This document shows positions 16,058 to 25,191 of a stretch of 37,650 nt of DNA, one piece after another. Position numbers and translations under genes: made by a program. The notes beneath the pieces were generated by a model. It worked only from the letters and a program-made list of their open reading frames with translations. It was not told the origin of the DNA and did not search any database. Where the stretch lies: contig DLMY01000044.1 of assembly GCA_002478275.1 (NCBI GenBank), positions 1-37,650 on the forward strand. Direction: 5' to 3'. How positions within the stretch are numbered: the first letter of the stretch is position 1; each line of letters starts with the position of its first letter. The DNA comes from Actinobacteria bacterium UBA7524. Lineage in GTDB: Bacteria; Actinomycetota; Coriobacteriia; Anaerosomatales; UBA912.

Positions 16058-18374
16058 TCACCCCCGCTTGCGCGCGTGCTCCAGGAACCACTCCTGCGCA
16101 TCGAGCCGTTTGTCGCCATCGCGCGCCTCGACCCTGCGGTACGTGCCGTCCGGCATCATCTCGCGCGCCTTGACGTTATCGGCCAGGTACGTCTCAAGCA
16201 CCTCGTTGCGCAGGCGTTCCCTGATACCGGCATCGAGCACCGGGGCGAGCACCTCGACGCGCCGGTCGAGGTTGCGGGTCATCAGGTCGGCGCTGCCGAC
16301 CAGGCAAACCGGCTCACCTGCGTTCTCGAAATGGTAGATGCGCGAGTGCTCCAGGAAGCGCCCGACCACACTGCGCACGGTGATGTTCTCGCTCACGCCC
16401 TGGACACCCGGGCGCAGACAGCACACCCCGCGCACCAGCAGGTCGACCCGCACACCCGCCTGTGAGGCCTCGTAGAGCAGCTCGATGATCGGGCCGTCCG
16501 TCAGTGAGTTCGTCTTGAAGATCATCCGCGCCGGCCTTCCCGCCGCCGCGTGCTCGATCTCCTGGCGGATCAGACGCTCGATGCCCTCGCGGATTCCTCC
16601 CGGCGAGACCAGGAAGTGCCCGTACTCCACGTCGGCCGCGTAGCCGGTCAGGAGGTTGAACAGCTGAGAGGCGTCCTCGGCCATCTGCTCGTTGGCGGTG
16701 AGCAGGTCCAGATCGGTGTATTGCGTCGCGGTCGAGGTGTTGTAGTTGCCCGTCCCCACGTGCACGTAGCGCCTGATGCGCTTGTCTTCGCGCCGCACGA
16801 CCAGCGCGACCTTCGAATGCGTTTTCAGGCCGAGGAGCCCGTACACCACATGCACGCCCTCCTGCTCCAGGGCACGCGCCCAGTCGATATTGCTCTCCTC
16901 GTCAAAACGGGCTTTGAGCTCGACGAGTACCGTGACTTCCTTGCCCTCGCGAGCGGCCTCCAAGAGCGCCTCGACGATCGCCGAGTTCCTGCCCACCCGA
17001 TACAGCGTCATCTTGATGGCCAGCACGTCGGGGTCCTTGGCGGCGAGCCGGACCATGCGCACGACCGGGTCGAAGGACTCGAAGGGGCGATGCAGCAGGA
17101 TGTCGCGGTCCTTGATGACGTTGAACAGATCCACACCGGCGACCGACTGAAGCACCTCGGGCATGGCGGGCACGAACGGGGGGTACTTGAGGTCCGGACG
17201 GTCGAGGTCGCCGAGCATCATCAGGTCGCTGCCGCCCAGAGGCGGGGTGAGCACGACCAGATCGGCGTGTTCGACCTCAAGATTATCGCGCAGGATGGCG
17301 AGCACGGATTCGGGAGTGTCCGGGGTGACGGTCACGCGAACCACGTCGCCGAAACGCCGCCTGCGCACGCCCTCCTCTATGGTCAGCAGCAGGTCGTCGG
17401 CCTCGAGCTCCTGTATCTCGAAATCGGCGTCGCGGGTGACGCGGAAGGGATGCGACTCGACGACCTGCATACCGGGGAACAGCGAGGGAAGATGTGCCGC
17501 GACGATCTGGTCGAGCCACACGAAGTACCGCTCGCGTCCGCGACGCAGTGCCTGGAAGGGCTTGAAGCCGCCACCCGGCGCACCGACATCCACCAGGCGC
17601 GGGAGGACCTTGGGTATCTTGATGCGGGCGAAGTGCTCGTCACCGTCGGCGCTCTGGACGAGCACAGCGAGATTCAGACTCAGGTTCGAGATGTGAGGAA
17701 AGGGCCTGCCCGGATCGAACGCGAGCGGGGTGAGCACGGGGAAGGCAGACTGCTCGAAGTAGTCGTCGGCGGCCATGCGCTGCGCGGTATCCAACGAGTC
17801 GTAATCGAGCAGATGGATGCCTTCCGCGGCCAGTTCGGCAGCCAACTGCGTGTAGACGACACGGCTGCGACGAAGGATCTCCGGTGCCACACGACGCACC
17901 TCGTCGAGCTGCTCCTGGGCGGTACGCCCGTCTTTGGAGACATCCGTGACGTGCGCCTCGACCATCTGACGCAGCCCGGCCACGCGGACCATGTAGAACT
18001 CCGCCATGTTCGAACCGACGATGGCGAGGAACTTCGCACGCTCCAAGAGCGGATTGTCCGCATCCGCCGCCTGGTCCAGCACGCGTTCCTGGAACTTCAG
18101 CAACTCCAACTCGCGGTTCAGGTAAAGCGAGGGGTCGCTCAGGGGAATCGGCTCGGCAGCGGCGCCCNNNNNNNNNNNNNNNNNNNNNNNNNNNNNNNNN
18201 NNNNNNNNNNNNNNNNNNNNNNNNNNNNNNNNNNNNNNNNNNNNNNNNNNNNNNNNNNNNNNNNNNNNNNNNNNNNNNNNNNNNNNNNNNNNNNNNNNNN
18301 NNNNNNNNNNNNNNNNNNCCCTGCCCCGCCTCGGCGGACCCCACTGCCTGCTCCTGCAATCCCTCATCGGCCAT
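16058..18374 (-). CDS. ppk1: Polyphosphate kinase 1 (N-terminus spans an assembly gap)
   Basis: YLNREL..L.FQ.RVL, LTPLAFDP..PFP.ISNLSLN, AIKMTLYR, ELKARFDEE.NI, KTH.K, HVGTGNYN, GRFLEHSR, SADLM.RNLDRRVE. Likely start is ATG 18374 (MADEG.., GGAAGAGG RBS); the frame offset across the N-gap is probably a gap-size artefact. Confidence 0.95.
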
Positions 18375-18483
18375 CGCGCCAACCTCTTCCCGTCGCCAGA
18401 CAACGTGCAGCCGAGGTCAACCCCGACACCCCTGTCATCCTGTATCTTCCCGAACCTGACGCCGCAGCTCACAGTGGCGCAGA

Positions 18484-19530
18484 CTACCCTGCAGCCGGAA
18501 GCTCCAGCGCAGCGCGCAAGACGTGCGGTGGGTGCTCCTGCGCCAGACGCTCGAACGCCGCGAAACGCTCAGCGGCCCGCGAGTCAAGGAGTGCTTCGAC
18601 CTCAACGAGGCCCTCAGCGCTCACGCCGGCGAGACGCGCGGCCTCCGCGCGCTGCGCATCATGCACCATGCCGAGGAACACGTGCAGATCATGCAACTCC
18701 CCGAGGCTGTCCTGGAAGCTCGTGAGGAGAGCGTGCAGCTCGTCGAAGCGCTCCTCGTAGCAGGGAGCGAAGGTCTCGAGCGCGTAGCGCAGGCGCTTGT
18801 AGTCGATGCGCAGTTCGTGCTGACGGTCGTGAGCGGCTTTTCCGAGTGCGGCGGGCTGCGCTTGGGTCACGACCGCGACCCGCTTGACGACCTCAGCCTG
18901 CGCGAANNNNNNNNNNNNNNNNNNNNNNNNNNNNNNNNNNNNNNNNNNNNNNNNNNNNNNNNNNNNNNNNNNNNNNNNNNNNNNNNNNNNNNNNNNNNNN
19001 NNNNNNNNNNNNNNNNNNNNNNNNNNNNNNNNNNNNNNNNNNNNNNNNNNNNNNNNNNNNNNNNNNNNNNTCACGAGCGACTTGAGTTCGCGCCGGCTGG
19101 CCTTCAGGTCGAGTGCGGCAAGACGTTCGTTGAGCGCGCGCAGCTCGTACTCGCGCTGCCCCATGCGGTAGCCCACGAAGAACGTCACCGCCCGACGGCC
19201 TGCCTCATCCAGTTCGGGCTCCATCCGCATGAACGCTTCGATGAAGACATCCGCGTCGCGGACCGGACCGAGCGCACGGGTGATGGCGCGGACACTGCGG
19301 TACCAGGCGCGAAAAGGCTTTCGCGGATAGAGCGGCTCGACCAACCGCATGGCCTCGCGCAGCCTCCGGGAGGCGACGCGCATGTCATGCACGGCGTCGG
19401 CATCCGCACCGGCGCGGGCACGAGCCTCAAGCTCGAACAGTGGCTTCGCTTTGGCAAGCAACAGCCGTGGAGCCGCCTCGGCCATCGGCGTGTGCGCGTT
19501 GACGCCCTCTATCACGTAACGAGATTCCAT
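18484..19530 (-). CDS. CHAD-domain polyphosphate-binding protein (spans an assembly gap)
   Basis: VHDMRVASRRLR, LGPVRDADV, HELRIDYKRLRYALE, QDSLGELHD. Confidence 0.93.
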   Translation of the reverse strand: MESRYVIEGVNAHTPMAEAAPRLLLAKAKPLFELEARARAGADADAVHDMRVASRRLREAMRLVEPLYPRKPFRAWYRSVRAITRALGPVRDADVFIEAFMRMEPELDEAGRRAVTFFVGYRMGQREYELRALNERLAALDLKASRRELKSLVXXXXXXXXXXXXXXXXXXXXXXXXXXXXXXXXXXXXXXXXXXXXXXXXXXXXXXXFAQAEVVKRVAVVTQAQPAALGKAAHDRQHELRIDYKRLRYALETFAPCYEERFDELHALLTSFQDSLGELHDLHVFLGMVHDAQRAEAARLAGVSAEGLVEVEALLDSRAAERFAAFERLAQEHPPHVLRAALELPAAG

Positions 19531-19575
19531 ACCGCGATGGTACCCGCAAGCAGTCGCTTCATCGCGCACCGCGAG

Positions 19576-19706
19576 CTGTGGATTCTGGGGATACTGTGGA
19601 TAATCACCGCAGCTCAGACCGGTCGAATGCCACAACCGACCGCTCGTCACAAAGTCACAAGAAGTTCGCGAATTGGTGTTGATTCTTGTGTGCGATGGAG
19701 CATAAT
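19576..19706 (+). promoter_or_regulatory. DnaA-box-like tandem plus sigma70-type promoter
   Basis: CTGTGGATT-CTGGGGATA-CTGTGGATAA, with a perfect TGTGGATAA at 19595-19603; TTGATT (19679)-16-CATAAT (19701). Confidence 0.6.
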
Positions 19707-19712
19707 CCCTAT

Positions 19713-19789
19713 TGCGAGGTCGTTGAAGAACTCGGATGGGCCAGCAGCCGCAAGGTGAAGGTTCGCTCGGGAGATGCAGCGGCCTCGCA
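19713..19789 (+). ncRNA. Candidate ~77-nt structured small RNA, copy 1, family not recognised
   Basis: Starts 6 nt after CATAAT; 13-bp closing stem UGCGAGGUCGUUG/CAGCGGCCUCGCA; inner helices capped by a GCAA tetraloop with an AGCA/GAA internal loop; followed by CCTTTGTGT. Confidence 0.65.
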
Positions 19790-19832
19790 CCTTTGTGTGG
19801 GGGTCACGTAGCGCGTGAAGTCGAGTCCTCAC

Positions 19833-20384
19833 TCACCTTTCTCGCGAGAGCTCGCTCAAGAACCCAGGCAGTTGACGGCCAAGTTTGCTCAAATACTCCT
19901 CGACAGACATCGGCGGGTTCCGAAGTGCCCGGACCGCCGCATTCACTGCCGACTGGACGCCCTCTAGGTCCTCCCGCAGTAGTTCGAGCAGAAAGCGGTC
20001 GGGCGAGAGGACACTTGCAGATGTCACCCGCCGGCAGAGGTCTTGCGGGAAGTCGCTCAGATTCAACGTCACCAGCACATCGGCTGACGTGGCCACCGCC
20101 ACGGCGAGCACGTGCTCGTCGTCCCGGTCCGGAAGGTTCGCGGCCGTGACACAGGAGGGCTCGACCATCGCATTCGGAAACGCCTCGACCATCAGCGCCT
20201 TGAGTCGGATCAGCCTGTCAGGCGGGATATCAGGTCTCGTGCGTGCCAGAGCATGCACCATCTCATCGAGTATCCGATCGGACCACCGAAGCGACAGCAG
20301 CCCCGCCTCCCCACAGCGCAGCAGAAGATCTCGCAGGGCGGCCGAGTAGAGCACGCACGCATCGGGCACAACAACCCGAGCCAT
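19833..20384 (-). CDS. PIN-domain protein (VapC50-like toxin)
   Basis: VVPDACVLY...LRDLLL, WSDRILDE, LPD.DD.HVLA.A, LVTLNLSDFP, L.NPPMS. Confidence 0.88.
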   Translation of the reverse strand: MARVVVPDACVLYSAALRDLLLRCGEAGLLSLRWSDRILDEMVHALARTRPDIPPDRLIRLKALMVEAFPNAMVEPSCVTAANLPDRDDEHVLAVAVATSADVLVTLNLSDFPQDLCRRVTSASVLSPDRFLLELLREDLEGVQSAVNAAVRALRNPPMSVEEYLSKLGRQLPGFLSELSRER

Positions 20385-20770
20385 CAGTACAATCCGAGAT
20401 CCTGGGACTCCGCAGATAACTGAGCGAGGGCGCGCCTTCGCTTGTAGGCGAGGACGTCCTCAACGCTGACTCTCCGGTGGCTGCCAACCCTGTAGAAAGG
20501 CATCTGACCCATCTCAAGCAGCTTGATCAGATGCGGGCGCGAAACCCCCAGTAAGTCAGCTGCCGCCTGAGTACTGAGGTCGTGGTCGAGCTCTATTACC
20601 GCAGCCTCGCCCCCCTCGGCCACGATCGACAGGACTTCGCGGGTGAGGCGGTATACATCTGCAGGGGCATCAATCGGACGCCCTTCATCGTCTGCCAGCG
20701 TGATTCGTAAGCCCTCGATACCGGGCTTCTCTCGTCTATCGTCTTTGACGCGATGCCGGGCGCTCATCAC
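20384..20770 (-). CDS. Excisionase-like HTH protein, putative antitoxin
   Basis: LSTQAAADLLGVSRPHLIKLLE.G..PF.RVGSHRRV..EDVLAYK..L..L..ESQDLGLY; coupled to the PIN gene. Confidence 0.88.
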   Translation of the reverse strand: MMSARHRVKDDRREKPGIEGLRITLADDEGRPIDAPADVYRLTREVLSIVAEGGEAAVIELDHDLSTQAAADLLGVSRPHLIKLLEMGQMPFYRVGSHRRVSVEDVLAYKRRRALAQLSAESQDLGLY

Positions 20771-20795
20771 CTAGACTCCTTCGGCTCATAATCAC

Positions 20796-20836
20796 ATCAT
20801 ACGCAATAACCGAACTCAACGCAATATCCGCAATTA
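20796..20836 (-). promoter_or_regulatory. Promoter covered by four 9-bp tandem repeats
   Basis: Minus strand TTGCGT-17-TATGAT; ACGCAATAA/CCGAACTCA/ACGCAATAT/CCGCAATTA at 20801-20836. Confidence 0.7.
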
Positions 20837-20916
20837 GAGACTGAAGGGAAACCTCGCCCTGTGACAGCGCGGGTATATACATCCTGCTACCTACATGGCT
20901 ACTGAAGGGAGGAGCC

Positions 20917-21906
20917 ATGTCTGCGCGCAAGAGAGCTGGACAGATCGCTCTTGCCGTCGCGCTCTTCACCCTGTCGGTCACTCCGGCCATCGCCGCTCCG
21001 CGAGCATCCACCGGGGTCATCGCTCTCGAGGTCCAAGGCACCGACGGACTGCCCGTCGAAGGCGCATCGGTCAAGGTGAGTGAACTGAAGGGGCGTCAAT
21101 ACAAACCCGTGGCCGAAGTACTCTCGAACGCCGAAGGCGAGGTCGAACTCGCCGTGAAAGCGGGTTCGTACGAGCTCACAATCGATGCTCCCGATGCCGA
21201 TACCGCGGTGCTATACACACAGGTGCAGCGCCAGGAGAGCACCTCTCTCGAGGTCACACTTCAGTCCTACGGTGGCGTCGCCGGAACGCTTGCTGACGCC
21301 GAGACCGGAGATCCCATCGTCGGCGCGATCGCGGAGTTCTACCTCCAAGACACGGACGGCTCGTGGTCCGATACGCCGACCTTCACCGTGACGGCCACGG
21401 ATGGCACCTACTCGACCGGACCGATCCCGGCCGGATCGTACCGGGTCCGAGGAACAGCGTCCGGGTACGCACCCCGGTACTTCGACGGTGTGGGCCTGGG
21501 TTCGCCGACGGTCGTCGTGAACAGAGGTGACGAGATCACCGGCGTGGACATCTCGCTCACGCGCCTTGCGGAGAGCGGGCGCATCTCCGGTCGGGTGGTT
21601 TCGGGAGCATCCGAGACACCGCTCGCTTCGGCCTACGTGCTGATCTACAAGCAGAACTCCGACGGCAGTTGGCCGGCGACCACTCCGGGCTGGGGAACCA
21701 CGTTCCATGCGGTGCAGACCGGCCCCGCAGGCACGTACGAGACGGGCGATCTGCCGTTCGGCAACTACAAGGTGCGCTTCTTCACGGTACACACGGGCAG
21801 CCAGTGGTGGGAGTACGTCGCTACGGTCGACCTTGCGACAGTTCTGACCATCGACACGGCGGAACAGAGGCTCGATGGGATCGACGGCTGGTTCGGCAAG
21901 CCCTGA
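20917..21906 (+). CDS. Secreted protein with three carboxypeptidase-regulatory-like beta-sandwich repeats
   Basis: Signal peptide ending PAIA; repeated G.I.G.V....G.P..GA.V ... G.Y....P.G.Y.V pattern; GGAGGAG RBS. Confidence 0.8.
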   Translation: MSARKRAGQIALAVALFTLSVTPAIAAPRASTGVIALEVQGTDGLPVEGASVKVSELKGRQYKPVAEVLSNAEGEVELAVKAGSYELTIDAPDADTAVLYTQVQRQESTSLEVTLQSYGGVAGTLADAETGDPIVGAIAEFYLQDTDGSWSDTPTFTVTATDGTYSTGPIPAGSYRVRGTASGYAPRYFDGVGLGSPTVVVNRGDEITGVDISLTRLAESGRISGRVVSGASETPLASAYVLIYKQNSDGSWPATTPGWGTTFHAVQTGPAGTYETGDLPFGNYKVRFFTVHTGSQWWEYVATVDLATVLTIDTAEQRLDGIDGWFGKP

Positions 21907-21912
21907 TCGCCC

Positions 21913-22135
21913 CTGTGGATTCTGGGGATACTGTGGATAATCACCGCAGCTCAGACCGGTCGAATGCCGCAAGCGACCGCCCGTCACAAAGTCGCGATGA
22001 CTTCGCCAATTGGTGTTGATTCCTGCTCGGGTCGGAGCATAATAACTCTTGCGAGGTCGTTGAAGAACTCGGATGGGCCAGAAGCCGCAAGGTGAAGGTT
22101 CGCTCGAGAGACACAGCGGCCTCGCACCTTTGTGT
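21913..22135 (+). repeat. 223-bp non-coding element, copy 2
   Basis: Colinear with 19576-19798. Confidence 0.95.
22050..22126 (+). ncRNA. Candidate ~77-nt structured small RNA, copy 2
   Basis: 4 differences from copy 1: three in loops and one U-G to U-A pair change. Confidence 0.65.
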
Positions 22136-22228
22136 CCGCTGTCCGCAACTCGCCCGCGAATGGGCGCGGAGCGCGCGAGGCGTGACCGCAGATCCTCCCG
22201 CAGCGCATTCCCCTCGTCGACCCATCTC

Positions 22229-22257
22229 TCAGCATATCTGATATTCTGATATACTGA
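22229..22257 (+). promoter_or_regulatory. Putative operator and -10 of the AbrB-PIN operon
   Basis: ATATCTGA-TATTCTGA-TATACTGA 8-bp periodic repeats containing TATACT, with an inverted TCAG upstream. Confidence 0.5.
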
Positions 22258-22277
22258 CGCCGAAGCGAGGTGATCCG

Positions 22278-22574
22278 ATGACCGAGTACATCCGCATGGG
22301 CAAGCGCGGCACGATCGTCGTACCTGCAGACCTGCGGCGCCGGTATGGCCTGGACGAGGGCGAGATGCTGGCGATGGAGGTCTGCCCCGAGGGCCTACTT
22401 CTCAAGCCAGTCCGCGCCCTGGAAGTCGAGGTCTACACGCCCGAGCGCTCCGCCGAGTTCATCCTCAACAGCGCGGTCGATGCGGCAGAGTACGATGCGG
22501 CGCTCGAAGAGGTGCGTTCGATGGGGATCGATCCCGACACTATCCCGCATCAGCCTCGGCCGGCTTCGAAGTAG
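22278..22574 (+). CDS. AbrB/MazE/SpoVT-type antitoxin
   Basis: MGKRGTIVVPADLRRRYGLDEGE.L......GLLLKP. Confidence 0.88.
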   Translation: MTEYIRMGKRGTIVVPADLRRRYGLDEGEMLAMEVCPEGLLLKPVRALEVEVYTPERSAEFILNSAVDAAEYDAALEEVRSMGIDPDTIPHQPRPASK

Positions 22575-22580
22575 GGCCGG

Positions 22581-22979
22581 ATGGAGCGGGTCTTCCTCGA
22601 TGCGAACATCTTGGTCTCGGCGGCCCTGAAGCCCGATTCCGGGATCGCAGGACTCTGGAGGCTGAAGGGAGTCCGCCTCATCGCCTCACCCTACGTACTC
22701 GCCGAGGCGCGACGGAACGTCCACTCCCCGGAGGCCGCAGACAGACTGGAGTCCTTCATCGCGGACCTGGCCGTCCTGCCGAGCGAACCTGCGGACTTCC
22801 CGCTCGACGAGGACCCCGGCCTACCGGACAAGGACCTCCCCGTCCTGCTCGCGGCGATCGTCGCCCACGCAGACTACCTGCTGACCGGGGACTTGTCGCA
22901 TTTCAGCACATGCATGGGTCGCGCCATCCAGGGAGTGACGACTCTGCTGCCAGGCGACTACCTCAGATCGCGCCGATAA
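22581..22979 (+). CDS. PIN-domain toxin
   Basis: RVFLDANILVSA, LAEA.RN, LPDKD.PVL.AA...ADYLLTGD..HF. Confidence 0.88.
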   Translation: MERVFLDANILVSAALKPDSGIAGLWRLKGVRLIASPYVLAEARRNVHSPEAADRLESFIADLAVLPSEPADFPLDEDPGLPDKDLPVLLAAIVAHADYLLTGDLSHFSTCMGRAIQGVTTLLPGDYLRSRR

Positions 22980-22994
22980 ACACACACGCCGAGG

Positions 22995-23033
22995 AAAGCA
23001 AACAGGCCGGAGAGCCCGTAAGCCTCCGACCTG
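22995..23033 (-). terminator. Intrinsic terminator of the tRNA
   Basis: Minus strand CAGGTCGGAG...CTCCGGCCTG stem followed by TTTGCTTT. Confidence 0.7.
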
Positions 23034-23042
23034 AGAATTCCT

Positions 23043-23119
<77 letters not shown>

Positions 23120-23246
23120 CCGTTCGATCTGCGCCTTGCGGCGAACGCACACGATAACACACCCGCTTTGGCCGTCGCAAGCGAAACCGCCGCCGTTTCG
23201 AACCGGCACTCGCGCTGCCGCAAGATCACTCCGCGGCAGAGCCGGG

Positions 23247-25190
23247 TCACTTCGCCGCGGCCTCGATACCGTCGAAGCGGAACACGAACCGCACGTCCCC
23301 TGTCGCGCCTTCGGGCTTGCCCAGGAACGTGTCGTACGCCGTAACGTCATCCTCCATCGCGGCGATGACCTTCTTGCCGAACTCCGCGTCGCTCAACCCG
23401 TCTCCCAGGCCCGATGCGGCGGTACCGAGCGCTTCTGCGGTGGTATCGACCCCGGGCAGATAGGCGCCGCCCAGCGTGCCGCCCTGCTTGAGCGCGAGGA
23501 GCGTCGCATGCAGATCGCCGAGGAGATCCGACAGTTCCGCCAGGCCGCCGAGCCCTTCGGCCGCCTCACCCACACCCTCACCCGCAGCCTCGAGCCCGTC
23601 ACCGATGCCGTACAGCCCGTCGCGAGAGGTCACCAGGCCGGGTAGCACGTGGCCCTGCACCGTGCCTCCGTCGCGCAGGACCGTGAGTGCCGAAGCGATC
23701 GACTCGAAGCCTGCGGGTAGCCCGGCGAGCGGGGCGGAGCCTGCGGCGATGGCCTGGAGCCCGCCGAGCGTCTGACCGAGCCCATCCGAGATCTGCTCCA
23801 GGGAATCGCGCGTGTCCGCTATGCCCAGCGGCAACATGAACACGGGGTCACCGTCGCGCAGCGCGGCCAGCATCATCTGCTGCTGGGCCAGGCCTGCGGC
23901 GAGGGCCGTAGTGGTCGCATCGGGCGACGCGCTTACAAGCGTGCTCGCGGTGGCGAGCAGCCCGGCGTTCGAAGCGGAGACGGCGTCGAGCATCTGGACC
24001 TGGCCGTCGAGCAGGGCGACCAGACCGTCGACGCCATCCTTGGTCGCCCCGATGCCACCAGCGAGAGTGTCGAGTGCTCCGGGTAGCGACGCGATGGCGG
24101 AGTAGTTCTGCGAGCGGAGGCCGGCGATGATGCCGTCAAGATACGCGATCTGGCCTTCGGTGAGTCTGCCGAGATCGGTCGCACCGGTCTCGAGCTGTAC
24201 GAGCCCCGCCTGCAGCTGCCCGAAGCCCTCGCCCGCTCCCGCGAGCTCCGAGAGGTCCGCGCCCCCCAGCCCGCCGGCGAGCGCGGCGAGCACCTGCTCG
24301 TGCCCGCGAGAGAGCTGCTCGAGTCCCTGTAGGCCGTCGTAGAGCTCGGCTAGACCGTCGGTCACGCTGAAGTCCGGCGAACCGGCGAGTTTGGGAAAGA
24401 CGCTGACCACGATGGGTTCGAGTTCGATGCCGGAGCCGTCCATCTCGATCGTCACCGTCTGCTCTGGCTGCGGGAACGTCATGAACGTGTGGCTCACGAC
24501 AGAGCCCGTGATGTTGCGGATCTCCGGGTCGGCCTCGATGTTGGTGAAGATGCGCCCGTCCACGTCGATCTTGACCGGAGCCAGCAAGGGGGCGGAGTAG
24601 GTGGCCTCACGCGAGCGCAGGATACCGTCGATGCCCTCGTAATCGAGCGTCCTCTCAAGTTCGATGAGGTTGCGCACGGTCACGTCGATGCGCAAGCGGC
24701 CGCTCGCTCCGGCAAGCTCTTCGGGCGAGGACTTCACTCCATCGAGTGTGTACACGATGTCGACCTCCACCGGCAGTTGCTTGTCGGTCTCGGCCCGGTA
24801 GAAGAAGTCGCGCGCACCATCGACGGAAAGCTCCCAGCGTACGCCGTCGCCGGTGAGCTGCGGTTCCAGGTCATCGGTGAGGGACTCGGCGGCTGTCACG
24901 GGTCCTGGATCGAGGATCTCTCCAGAGCCCGAGCCGGTCAGCTTCAGCCAGTCGATGACCACCACGTCTCGCGGCTTGCCGTTCGGATCACCCGTGACGT
25001 AGACGGTCTCCTCGTCATGGACACTGAAGGCCGACGTGCCCGATGTCGTGCTTGCCGTGGGCACAGACCCCTCGGTCGCGGTGACGGACAGCGGGTTTCC
25101 GCCGGCGATCAGCGCGATGACGGCGATCACCATCGCGGCCAGCACGACCCAGGCCGCGATCGGGCGTAGGCGGGAGGTCGCTTCAGGCAT
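23247..25190 (-). CDS. Membrane-anchored YhgE/Pip-like protein with xxxLxxG heptad repeats
   Basis: N-terminal TM; ETVYV..D..G, LPV.V.I.Y.LDG....PEELAG.SG.L.I; long L..G helical repeats; YDTFLG..EGATG.VRFV C-terminus. Confidence 0.8.
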   Translation of the reverse strand: MPEATSRLRPIAAWVVLAAMVIAVIALIAGGNPLSVTATEGSVPTASTTSGTSAFSVHDEETVYVTGDPNGKPRDVVVIDWLKLTGSGSGEILDPGPVTAAESLTDDLEPQLTGDGVRWELSVDGARDFFYRAETDKQLPVEVDIVYTLDGVKSSPEELAGASGRLRIDVTVRNLIELERTLDYEGIDGILRSREATYSAPLLAPVKIDVDGRIFTNIEADPEIRNITGSVVSHTFMTFPQPEQTVTIEMDGSGIELEPIVVSVFPKLAGSPDFSVTDGLAELYDGLQGLEQLSRGHEQVLAALAGGLGGADLSELAGAGEGFGQLQAGLVQLETGATDLGRLTEGQIAYLDGIIAGLRSQNYSAIASLPGALDTLAGGIGATKDGVDGLVALLDGQVQMLDAVSASNAGLLATASTLVSASPDATTTALAAGLAQQQMMLAALRDGDPVFMLPLGIADTRDSLEQISDGLGQTLGGLQAIAAGSAPLAGLPAGFESIASALTVLRDGGTVQGHVLPGLVTSRDGLYGIGDGLEAAGEGVGEAAEGLGGLAELSDLLGDLHATLLALKQGGTLGGAYLPGVDTTAEALGTAASGLGDGLSDAEFGKKVIAAMEDDVTAYDTFLGKPEGATGDVRFVFRFDGIEAAAK

Positions 25191-25191
25191 C

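Larger units (their letters stand above)
19576..19798 (+). repeat. 223-bp non-coding element, copy 1 (DnaA-box-like trimer, promoter, structured RNA)
   Basis: Colinear with 21913-22135 at offset 2337. Confidence 0.95.

Noticed and set aside
18168..19070. Apparent frameshift or odd N-terminus of ppk1 and X-runs in CHAD
   Set aside because: Caused by scaffold N-gaps of estimated length; not evidence of pseudogenes
19576..19603. Replication origin (oriC)
   Set aside because: Only one perfect DnaA box per copy, no AT-rich unwinding element, and no dnaA/dnaN or rep gene nearby
19740..19751. GCCAGCAGCCGC identical to the 16S rRNA 520 region; SRP RNA domain IV also considered
   Set aside because: Only a 12-nt match, broken in copy 2, with flanks unlike rRNA; the SRP CAGG-GNRA-AGCA order is not present
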